Position numbers and translations under genes: made by a program
IMG/VR virus record: IMGVR_UViG_2711768060_000011
DNA length: 36,364 nt
Direction: 5' to 3' (one strand)
Origin: a virus
Taxonomy: Duplodnaviria; Heunggongvirae; Uroviricota; Caudoviricetes
Notes under the pieces: model-generated
What the model was told of the DNA's origin: nothing
What the model saw: the letters and a program-made list of their open reading frames with translations, nothing else
Databases searched by the model: none
Part shown: positions 27,955 to 35,311 of the stretch, piece after piece
Position numbering within the stretch: position 1 is the first letter of the stretch
Layout of the letters: each line of letters opens with the position of its first letter

Positions 27955-28293
27955 CTATTTCCCTGAATTTACGACGAAACTGTTCGAGCGGACTGAAGCA
28001 TTCATGCTCATAACCTTCGCGGAGGTAGATAACCCGTTGTGTTTCCGGCTCCCAACGAATGACTCTGACGAGCACTCCGTAGTGATCTTTGAACCAGCGG
28101 TTAACTTGTCGCAAAGGACTGTCTCCTTCTGCCGGTTGAAATCACCCACAGCCCACTCTGCAAAGCTGTGGGTTACAATTTCCCTGTCACCTGGTACATT
28201 CACTGCATAGCAATATTCCACCTTCGCTTTTCCACCCGGTACAGGAAGCGCAATCAGTTGCGAGCGACGGTAGTGTGTTGTTAAACTGTTCAT
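27955..28293 (-). CDS. hypothetical early protein
   Basis: 112-aa ORF between the CII/YdaT-like and O-like genes. Confidence 0.4.
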   Translation of the reverse strand: MNSLTTHYRRSQLIALPVPGGKAKVEYCYAVNVPGDREIVTHSFAEWAVGDFNRQKETVLCDKLTAGSKITTECSSESFVGSRKHNGLSTSAKVMSMNASVRSNSFVVNSGK

Positions 28294-28880
28294 GCGTTAG
28301 TTTCTCCACAACCAGAAGCAATCGACGCCACGACGCCCGGAGCTGCACACTCGCGGGCGTCATTACTTTCTGAAATGCAAAAAATTTTGTAGACAAGTGC
28401 TGCATGCTCCTGCAGCTTCGAAATTGAGAGATACAGCTCGTCGTTAATTGCTGTCTTCTCATGCGGTTCCACTACGCCGTCTTCGATTGCTGAACGAATC
28501 TGTTTTGAATAACTGCCGATCTGTTCAATGACTTCCAGCAGACGCTGGTTAATATCGGCGTTGTCCACATCCTCGACGTCAGGAAGAGACACAAAGACGC
28601 CATTTGCAGACTGCGCCACAGCATCAGCAATGAAGTGAGTGCCACCAGCACGCTGTAAAACCATTGCCCATCCCAGCGGGAAAATCTGATCGCCATCTGC
28701 ACGAAGGCGGTTGAATAAAGCGTTCTCTGTTACATCCAGCCAGTCAGCGGCTTCAGCGTAACCCCCCGGCAACGCCGCGATAGTTTTTCTGACAGCTTTC
28801 ACGTACCACTCAGGCTGTTTTTCTATTTTCCAGTGATGCTTACCCACGGCTATCTCCTTAAAACTGTGGTTACTTTTCAT
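28290..28880 (-). CDS. CII/YdaT-like phage regulatory protein (putative)
   Basis: ORF 28290..28952; start placed at the internal Met (28880) to limit overlap with cro; immediately downstream of the cro-like gene. Confidence 0.45.
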   Translation of the reverse strand: MKSNHSFKEIAVGKHHWKIEKQPEWYVKAVRKTIAALPGGYAEAADWLDVTENALFNRLRADGDQIFPLGWAMVLQRAGGTHFIADAVAQSANGVFVSLPDVEDVDNADINQRLLEVIEQIGSYSKQIRSAIEDGVVEPHEKTAINDELYLSISKLQEHAALVYKIFCISESNDARECAAPGVVASIASGCGETNA

Positions 28881-29118
28881 CTGATGAATCTTTAATCTTT
28901 TGAAAAATATCTGGACGTAATTTTTCTTTTGATATGCCAGTGGTCTTTTCAATGAATATCGAGAGCTTTGCAGGGGGACGCTTTTCTCTGTTCAACCAGT
29001 TCCAGACATGTTGTTGCTTTACTAAATGACCGCTGCTGGCTGTGAGCTTCCGAGCCAATTCTGATTGACCACCAGCCAGAGCGATTGCCTCCGATAAGGC
29101 TAATTGCTCAGGTGTCAT
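28870..29118 (-). CDS. Cro/YdaS-like HTH regulator
   Basis: 82-aa ORF divergent from the cI-like repressor; HTH-like segment SELARKLTASSGHLVKQQHVWNWL. Confidence 0.7.
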   Translation of the reverse strand: MTPEQLALSEAIALAGGQSELARKLTASSGHLVKQQHVWNWLNREKRPPAKLSIFIEKTTGISKEKLRPDIFQKIKDSSDEK

Positions 29119-29138
29119 AGCTTTCTCCTTTTTTGGTA

Positions 29139-29230
29139 GTTAAGTTGTTACGAGCTGCAAGAATACAACATTAACAACTTTCACCACAACTTTTAGGTGT
29201 TGGAAAGCTAAAACATAAAGTTGTAACCTC
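29139..29230. promoter_or_regulatory. right operator/promoter region between the divergent cro-like and cI-like genes
   Basis: Three copies of AAGTTGT(T)A in both orientations (TAAGTTGTTA 29141-29150, TTAACAACTT 29171-29180, AAAGTTGTAACC 29217-29228) within the 135-bp divergent intergenic region. Confidence 0.6.
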
Positions 29231-29253
29231 ATCAAAAAAGAGAGGGATATGTT

Positions 29254-29940
29254 GTGAAAACACTGGCAGAACGATTAAAGATAGGTAGAGAGAAAGCTGG
29301 CATGAGCCAAGCTCAACTAGCTGAAAAAATTGGACTTTCACAACAATCTGTAGCCAAAATAGAGAATGGCGAAACTCTACAACCGCGCAAAATTAAAGAA
29401 ATTGCAAAAGTTTTAGGTGTATCACAAAAGTGGTTACAACTTGGTATTGAAGACAACGCATCCATACCTGATCTTGTTGTAAAAGAAGCAGAAAGCACCG
29501 CATTAGACCCCGATATTTTCGTAAACATTCCTGTTTTAGATGTCGAGTTATCGGCAGGTAACGGATGTCTGGCTGAAATAGTTGAATCAGCTATTGACTG
29601 GTTTCCGTTAAGAAGAGCAGATTTGAGAAAATCTGGCGTATGTGCATCTAATGCCAAGATCGTACAAATATGGGGGAACAGTTTATTACCGGTTCTCAAT
29701 AATGGAGATCTTGTTGCCGTTGATATTTCTCAAACCGTTCCTATTCGTGATGGCGATCTTTATGCCGTACGAGATGGTGTATTGCTAAGGGTTAAAATAC
29801 TTATCAACTTACCTGACGGTGGCTTGATTCTTAGAAGCTTCAACAAAGATGAGTACCCAGATGAAATACTCACCTTTGAAGATAGACGAGCCAGAATTCA
29901 TGTTATAGGTAGGGTATTCTGGTCATCGCGAACTTGGTAA
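29254..29940 (+). CDS. cI-like prophage repressor (HTH_XRE plus S24 LexA-type autopeptidase); GTG start
   Basis: N-terminal HTH (MSQAQLAEKIGLSQQSVAKIENGE), Ala-Gly cleavage site (LSAGNG), C-terminal S24-like Ser (GNSLLP) and Lys (LLRVKIL); AGAGGG Shine-Dalgarno before GTG at 29254. Confidence 0.9.
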   Translation: MKTLAERLKIGREKAGMSQAQLAEKIGLSQQSVAKIENGETLQPRKIKEIAKVLGVSQKWLQLGIEDNASIPDLVVKEAESTALDPDIFVNIPVLDVELSAGNGCLAEIVESAIDWFPLRRADLRKSGVCASNAKIVQIWGNSLLPVLNNGDLVAVDISQTVPIRDGDLYAVRDGVLLRVKILINLPDGGLILRSFNKDEYPDEILTFEDRRARIHVIGRVFWSSRTW

Positions 29941-30942
29941 TGCATCGAAAAGCATTTCTTCAGAAATAATTTTAAGTTTTGCACCATTATCATCCCTATA
30001 AGATATAGCCTTTTCGATCTTCCTTCCGTGACTAGAGAATTTCCAATCACGGGAGGAAAGCGTCCCAATTACTAAAAAATCCAACTTTTGAGTAATTCCA
30101 CTACTGATGTTCCCACCAGCATTTTTAATCAAATTTTCAACTACGGCTCTCTTTCCTGCAACAAAAGTGCCTGTAAGACAATAGGTTTTACCCTCTAACT
30201 CTATCGAAGCCCCTACATCAATAGGCAGCCTGGTCGCCAAACCATCCACCACCCCACTTTCCAAGTCACATCCTGTGAAGTCTACTAATGCCTTATGTAG
30301 AGTTAAACTCTCATCTTCAGTAATAACACCATCTTTAAGAATTTCCTTTACAAGTGCATAAAGTTTTTTTCCTGGGTAGTTGTTCTTCAAAGCTCCATTT
30401 TGCTCAAGCCACCAATTAAGATATCTTATTTCTTCTTGAGTTAAGTTCCGATCAGCAATTAATCCTTTACATAGTCCATTAAGTAAATGGACATCTACAT
30501 CCTTGGAGTAAAAATCAATTTCAGGGATATCAAGAATTTCCCTCTGTATTTGGAGAAGGCTATTTTTAAGGTCATCACGTTCTTCTGATGTGATTATTCC
30601 ATCCGCAAGAATATCCGACACCCGAGCAGATAGACTTTTTATAACTCCATTATTGATAATCTGCTTTGCTTCAAGTAACCATGTATCTAAGTAAAGAACC
30701 TCCTCTTCACGGACAACTCCATCTGCAATGATTCCATCAATGATGCTAATCAAGTTAGCAAATAACTTGTCCCGGTTTCGTGTAATTAAAAGCGTAAAGC
30801 GCGTCTTCCATACAACCTCCTTTTTTTGATAATCCTTGCGCTCCTTGGCTACTCGTTCAAACCACATAAAGTTGTTGGCAACATTCAAAACCACAACTAA
30901 ATTACAACTTAAAGGTGTTAAGACAACGAACAGGCAGGACAC
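29923..30942 (-). CDS. repeat-containing protein with C-terminal BRCT domain; likely true start at ATG 30867
   Basis: C-terminal ~90 aa (KTYCLTGTFVAGKRAVVENLIKNAGGNISSGITQKLDFLVIGT...) resembles the LigA-type BRCT domain; four ~45-aa repeats sharing ...L.DG.IT.EE...L...L; the first codon at 30942 is GTG and the N-terminal extension overlaps operator-like motifs. Confidence 0.6.
   Translation of the reverse strand: MSCLFVVLTPLSCNLVVVLNVANNFMWFERVAKERKDYQKKEVVWKTRFTLLITRNRDKLFANLISIIDGIIADGVVREEEVLYLDTWLLEAKQIINNGVIKSLSARVSDILADGIITSEERDDLKNSLLQIQREILDIPEIDFYSKDVDVHLLNGLCKGLIADRNLTQEEIRYLNWWLEQNGALKNNYPGKKLYALVKEILKDGVITEDESLTLHKALVDFTGCDLESGVVDGLATRLPIDVGASIELEGKTYCLTGTFVAGKRAVVENLIKNAGGNISSGITQKLDFLVIGTLSSRDWKFSSHGRKIEKAISYRDDNGAKLKIISEEMLFDALPSSR
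30866..30930. promoter_or_regulatory. OL-like operator cluster upstream of the plus-strand early operon
   Basis: Same motif as the right operator region: AAAGTTGTTGG (30868-30878), CCACAACTAA and ATTACAACTT (30891-30910). Confidence 0.5.
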
Positions 30943-31016
30943 CCACGAAGTAGCCCGCCCGGTACGTACGAAGACCGGGATGATTCGTTAGCGGATGATT
31001 TCAGTGGAGAGAATAG

Positions 31017-31325
31017 ATGAATGAGCAGGATTTGAAGCATGTGATCGCATTGTTGCTGGAAGACGCTAAACGTTTGCAGCAGATAGAGCCAAATGCAGGC
31101 ACTGAGGCCCGTATTTTGTTAGCAAAACAGGCATTAAAGACTTGCGGGGCGCAAGATCCTGATCGAACCAAGTTCATGAATTTCATGGCTAACACGATCA
31201 CCCCCCTGCCATGCAATGGAGAGAGGGTGAGCCGTGTTTATCACGACACAATGGTTAAGGCATTAAGAATCGAGCTTGATGGGCTTAGGCGTAAGATCGT
31301 GATGAACAAAATCGTTGCCAACTAA
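31017..31325 (+). CDS. hypothetical early protein (first gene of the plus-strand early operon)
   Basis: 102-aa ORF with GGAGAG Shine-Dalgarno, starting ~90 bp after the OL-like operator cluster. Confidence 0.4.
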   Translation: MNEQDLKHVIALLLEDAKRLQQIEPNAGTEARILLAKQALKTCGAQDPDRTKFMNFMANTITPLPCNGERVSRVYHDTMVKALRIELDGLRRKIVMNKIVAN

Positions 31326-31604
31326 GGAAGCAGACGGAAGTAAGCATGCGCTTTGTTCAAATTTGCAGACAAATATATTTGCGTCAACACCAGCACTGTT
31401 AGCAATGGAAAAAGTTTGATCAAGGATTTGTTGGCAGTTCATTGTGCTTTTGAGGATATATCCCTCTGGAATCAGTCTGCAGCAGCTATCGTCAGACTCT
31501 TTGATTGTTTTCTGGTACAGAAAGTTAAGCATTAATTCTTCAAATTTTTTGGTCTGTTCGGCTGTTGCTTCAAACAGACGAACGTGAACATAAAACTGGT
31601 TCAT
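31263..31604 (-). CDS. hypothetical protein (antisense to the early operon; coding status uncertain)
   Basis: ORF 31263..31640 with internal ATG at 31604 preceded by AGGAA; AT-rich; 3' end overlaps the plus-strand 102-aa ORF by 63 nt. Confidence 0.25.
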   Translation of the reverse strand: MNQFYVHVRLFEATAEQTKKFEELMLNFLYQKTIKESDDSCCRLIPEGYILKSTMNCQQILDQTFSIANSAGVDANIFVCKFEQSACLLPSASLVGNDFVHHDLTPKPIKLDS

Positions 31605-31883
31605 TAGGTTTCCTTGCTGGCTGTGTGAGAACTCCAGCATACCACCGAGCCTGAAGTGGTGAAAAGACAGGCAATAGTTTCATTGCTGTGTGTAGTCTTG
31701 GCGGTACCAGCTTGTACCCTTGCTTCCGGCTGGTACCGTCCTTTTTACAAAACAGAGAAGAGCATCACCGGACGACGGGCTCATAACCCAATCCATCCGG
31801 GCGGCGGCCACCACAGGTGTTCTTCTCTGTTTTGTGGAGAAACTAATAGGCCTTGCAGGGTCGATATGATGAGGAGCAGCAAA

Positions 31884-32246
31884 ATGGCTAGCGAACGCAG
31901 TACTGATGTACAGGCATTTATCGGGGAGCTGGACGGCGGCGTATTTGAAACCAAAATCGGCGCAGTTCTCAGTGAAGTCGCTTCCGGTGTGATGAACACG
32001 AAAACCAAAGGTAAGGTCTCGCTCAACCTGGAAATTGAACCATTTGATGAGAACCGTGTGAAAATCAAACACAAACTCTCATATGTTCGCCCAACTAACC
32101 GCGGGAAAATTTCCGAAGAAGACACTACCGAAACGCCGATGTATGTCAATCGCGGTGGTCGCCTGACTATTCTGCAGGAAGACCAGGGACAATTACTGAC
32201 TCTTGCCGGTGAACCTGACGGAAAACTCCGCGCAGCAGGTCGTTAA
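31884..32246 (+). CDS. YfdP-like early protein
   Basis: 120-aa product from ATG 31884 with GAGGAG Shine-Dalgarno (ORF track starts earlier at a poorer start); size and neighbourhood match CPS-53 yfdP-yfdQ-yfdR as recalled. Confidence 0.55.
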   Translation: MASERSTDVQAFIGELDGGVFETKIGAVLSEVASGVMNTKTKGKVSLNLEIEPFDENRVKIKHKLSYVRPTNRGKISEEDTTETPMYVNRGGRLTILQEDQGQLLTLAGEPDGKLRAAGR

Positions 32247-32311
32247 TATCGTTCTTAATAAACTGATTATTTATCTCATCACTGAATATCTTTGTATAGT
32301 GAGGACTTATT

Positions 32312-33136
32312 ATGTCTCAGAACTTAGACGCAACCGCAATTAATCAAATCCATGCCCTTATTTCTGCTCAGGGTGTTAATGAAATTATCAGTAAGATTGG
32401 TGCCGACGCAGTGGCATTACCTGAAAATTTCCGCATTCATGATCTGGAAAAATTTAATTTAAATCGCTTCCGTTTCCGTGGTGCGCTTTCCACTGCCAGC
32501 ATCGATGACTTTACCCGTTATTCTAAAGATCTTGCAGATGAAGGCACCCGCTGCTTTATCGATGCTGATAATATGCGTGCCGTCAGTGTGCTTAACCTGG
32601 GTACTATTGATGAACCAGGTCACGCAGATAACACCGCCACTCTCAAACTGAAAAAGGCAGCGCCGTTCTCTGCTCTGTTGTCTGTTAATGGCGAGCGTAA
32701 CTCCCAGAAGTCACTGGCAGAATGGATTGAAGACTGGGCCGACTACCTTGTGGGCTTTGATGCTAATGGTGACGCTATTCAGGCAACAAAAGCGGCTGCG
32801 GCTGTCCGTAAAATCACGATTGAAGCAAACCAGACCGCTGATTTTGAAGATAATGACTTCAGCGGCAAACGCTCCCTGATGGAGTCTGTCGAAGCGAAGA
32901 CCAAAGATATTATGCCAGTGGCATTTGAATTTAAATGCGTTCCGTTTGAAGGTCTGAAAGAACGTCCGTTTAAATTACGCCTCAGCATTATCACTGGCGA
33001 TCGTCCTGTACTGGTTCTGCGCATTATTCAGCTGGAAGCAGTGCAGGAAGAAATGGCTAACGAATTTCGTGATCTGCTTGTTGAGAAATTCAAAGACAGC
33101 AAAGTAGAAACCTTTATTGGTACTTTCACCGCCTGA
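32312..33136 (+). CDS. YfdQ-like protein (DUF2303 type)
   Basis: 274-aa ORF with Shine-Dalgarno, between the YfdP-like and HD-domain genes. Confidence 0.6.
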   Translation: MSQNLDATAINQIHALISAQGVNEIISKIGADAVALPENFRIHDLEKFNLNRFRFRGALSTASIDDFTRYSKDLADEGTRCFIDADNMRAVSVLNLGTIDEPGHADNTATLKLKKAAPFSALLSVNGERNSQKSLAEWIEDWADYLVGFDANGDAIQATKAAAAVRKITIEANQTADFEDNDFSGKRSLMESVEAKTKDIMPVAFEFKCVPFEGLKERPFKLRLSIITGDRPVLVLRIIQLEAVQEEMANEFRDLLVEKFKDSKVETFIGTFTA

Positions 33137-33148
33137 TTTCATTACTGC

Positions 33149-33170
33149 AAATGCCCCTGCGGGGGCATTT
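33149..33170 (+). terminator. hairpin between the YfdQ-like and HD-domain genes (possible attenuator)
   Basis: 9-bp perfect stem AAATGCCCC/GGGGCATTT with TGCG loop, 13 nt after the YfdQ-like stop; weak T-tract. Confidence 0.35.
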
Positions 33171-33263
33171 ATGGAAACGTAATTAACTCAATAATCGCCG
33201 GATGGTGAGGGCTTCCTTTTACCAGAATTCAGCGCGGTGCAGTGCATATACGTGGAGAACAAA

Positions 33264-33800
33264 ATGTCATTTATTAAAACTTTTTCCGGGAAGCATTTTT
33301 ATTATGGCAGGATAAATAAAGACGACATCGATATTAACGATATCGCGGTTTCCCTTTCAAATATCTGTCGCTTTGCCGGTCATCTTTCGCACTTCTACAG
33401 CGTCGCCCAACATGCGGTTCTTTGCAGCCAGCTGGTGCCGCAGGAATTTGCTTTTGAAGCGTTAATGCATGATGCAACAGAAGCGTATTGCCAGGACATT
33501 CCCGCACCACTGAAACGCCTTCTTCCTGACTATAAACGGATGGAAGAAAAAATAGACGCCGTAATCCGTGAGAAATACGGGTTACCTCAGGCTATGAGCA
33601 CGCCCGTGAAATATGCCGATCTCATCATGCTGGCAACCGAACGCCGCGATCTCGGGCTTGATGATGGCTCTTTCTGGCCAGTATTGGAAGGTATCCCAGC
33701 AACAGAGATGTTCGAAATTATTCCTCTGGCTCCTGGCCATGCCTACGAGATATTTATGGAACGTTTTAAAGAGCTGCATAAGATACATAAGCAATCCTGA
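33264..33800 (+). CDS. HD-domain phosphohydrolase (YfdR-like)
   Basis: 178-aa product from ATG 33264 (GGAGA Shine-Dalgarno); HD motif (EALMHDATEAY) plus upstream His residues (AGHLSHFYSVAQHAV). Confidence 0.7.
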   Translation: MSFIKTFSGKHFYYGRINKDDIDINDIAVSLSNICRFAGHLSHFYSVAQHAVLCSQLVPQEFAFEALMHDATEAYCQDIPAPLKRLLPDYKRMEEKIDAVIREKYGLPQAMSTPVKYADLIMLATERRDLGLDDGSFWPVLEGIPATEMFEIIPLAPGHAYEIFMERFKELHKIHKQS

Positions 33801-33840
33801 CAGCGAAATTAACTAGTGAAATAGTTTTGTAGCAAAAGAA

Positions 33841-34101
33841 ATGAGGTTATCAAAAATGCTTCAAATGCTGACACTTGAGGAATGGGCTGCGGAAAAATTT
33901 AGGAGTAATCCTCCAAGTGTGTCCACATTGCGTCGTTATGCTAAGCAGAATTTATTTTGTCCACCGGCAATGAAACAAGGTCGACTATGGCGAGTACGTG
34001 AGGACGCAGAGTTAGTTGGGGAATTAGTTACTCCTGTCATCAAGAAAAGTGATTCTATTATTCTACAAAGGATTTTAAGTAATGGCAGCCAGACCACGTA
34101 A
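33841..34101 (+). CDS. excisionase (Xis-like DNA-binding protein)
   Basis: 86-aa ORF immediately upstream of and overlapping the integrase start by 20 nt. Confidence 0.5.
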   Translation: MRLSKMLQMLTLEEWAAEKFRSNPPSVSTLRRYAKQNLFCPPAMKQGRLWRVREDAELVGELVTPVIKKSDSIILQRILSNGSQTT

Positions 34102-35212
34102 AAATAATGTTTCAGTCCCGAACTTGTATCCACTTTATAGTAGAAAAGTAAATAAAGTCTATTGGCGATATAAACATCCAGTGACCGGGAAGTTTCATTC
34201 TTTAGGCACAAACGAAGCTGAAGCCATTGCTATTGCCACTGAGGCAAATTCACGCCTGGCTGAGCAAAGAACCCGGCAGATTCTGGCTATCAGTGACAGG
34301 ATCGCAACCAGCAAAGGAAAAGCAATCACAACGTCAACCTGGTTAGATCGCTATCAAGCAATCCAGGATGACAGACTGGAAAGTGGCGATATAAAGCTCA
34401 ACACCTATAAACAGAAAGCCAAACCAGTATCCTTGCTCAGGGAACGAGCAGGAATGAAATTAATTTCATCAGTTGATGTAAGGGATATAGCGCAATTGCT
34501 TGACGAGTATATCACTGCCGGGCAACCGAGGATGGCGCAAGTAGTCCGCTCCGTTCTAATTGATGTATTCAAGGAGGCACAACACTATGGGGAAGTCCCT
34601 CCGGGCTATAATCCAGCACAGGCAACCAAACAACCCAGAAGAAAAATTACCCGACAACGGTTAAGTCTTGAAGAATGGCAAAAAATCTTTGATATCGCAG
34701 ATGCCAGTCATCGTTATATGGGGAATGCCATGCTGTTAGCACTGGTTACCGGCCAGAGGTTAGGTGATATCTCGCGTATGAAATTTAGCGATATTTGGGA
34801 TGATCATCTCCATGTCATCCAGGAAAAAACCGGGAGCAAAATCGCCATCCCGCTTTCTCTTCGTCTCAACGCGATTAACTGGAGTTTACGCGATGTAGTC
34901 GCCCGCTGCCGTGACTATGCAGTCAGCCCATACCTTGTGCATTTTTTTCGTACCACTTCACAGGCTGAACGTGGCGCGCAGGTTAAATCCAATACATTGA
35001 CGACGAATTTTAGTAGAGCGAGAGATTTGGCAGAAATTGACTGGGGTAATGGCTCACCAGCAACATTCCATGAACAAAGGTCTTTATCTGAACGTCTGTA
35101 CAAAGAACAGGGGGTAGACACACAAAAACTACTTGGCCATAAAACGCAACAACAAACCGATCGTTATCATGATGATCGGGGAAAAGATTGGATGTATATC
35201 CACCAGTTTTAA
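34082..35212 (+). CDS. int: site-specific tyrosine integrase (lambda Int family)
   Basis: 376-aa ORF; C-terminal LLGHKTQQQTDRYHDDRGKDW resembles the lambda Int C-terminus (GHKSDTMASQYRDDRG) with the catalytic Tyr. Confidence 0.9.
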   Translation: MAARPRKNNVSVPNLYPLYSRKVNKVYWRYKHPVTGKFHSLGTNEAEAIAIATEANSRLAEQRTRQILAISDRIATSKGKAITTSTWLDRYQAIQDDRLESGDIKLNTYKQKAKPVSLLRERAGMKLISSVDVRDIAQLLDEYITAGQPRMAQVVRSVLIDVFKEAQHYGEVPPGYNPAQATKQPRRKITRQRLSLEEWQKIFDIADASHRYMGNAMLLALVTGQRLGDISRMKFSDIWDDHLHVIQEKTGSKIAIPLSLRLNAINWSLRDVVARCRDYAVSPYLVHFFRTTSQAERGAQVKSNTLTTNFSRARDLAEIDWGNGSPATFHEQRSLSERLYKEQGVDTQKLLGHKTQQQTDRYHDDRGKDWMYIHQF

Positions 35213-35250
35213 CTATGAACCTCTTCAAAAGACTCCCTATAAACTATGAA
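35211..35250 (+). repeat. direct 9-bp repeat AACTATGAA (two copies) immediately downstream of int
   Basis: Copies at 35211-35219 and 35242-35250 in the AT-rich int/DUF262 intergenic region. Confidence 0.25.
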
Positions 35251-35311
35251 TATTGAACAATTTTATTATTGATGTAAAATAACCCTCCTTTTCATAGTCA
35301 GGAGAATAGTC

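Larger units (their letters stand above)
1..35311. mobile_element. mosaic temperate phage / prophage (e14-like immunity and tail-fibre organisation, HK97-like head, Mu-like contractile tail, lambda-like Q and lysis genes); left boundary outside window, right boundary at or beyond the integrase
   Basis: Contiguous syntenic phage modules from tail-fibre genes through terminase, lysis cassette, Q, replication/immunity genes to xis-int; no housekeeping genes recognised. Confidence 0.85.

Noticed and set aside
30868-30942. N-terminal 25-codon extension of the BRCT gene starting at GTG 30942
   Set aside because: The extension is hydrophobic and low-complexity, begins with GTG without a Shine-Dalgarno, and overlaps the operator-like motifs; the ATG at 30867 is the more likely start, though it also lacks a strong Shine-Dalgarno, so the start stays uncertain.
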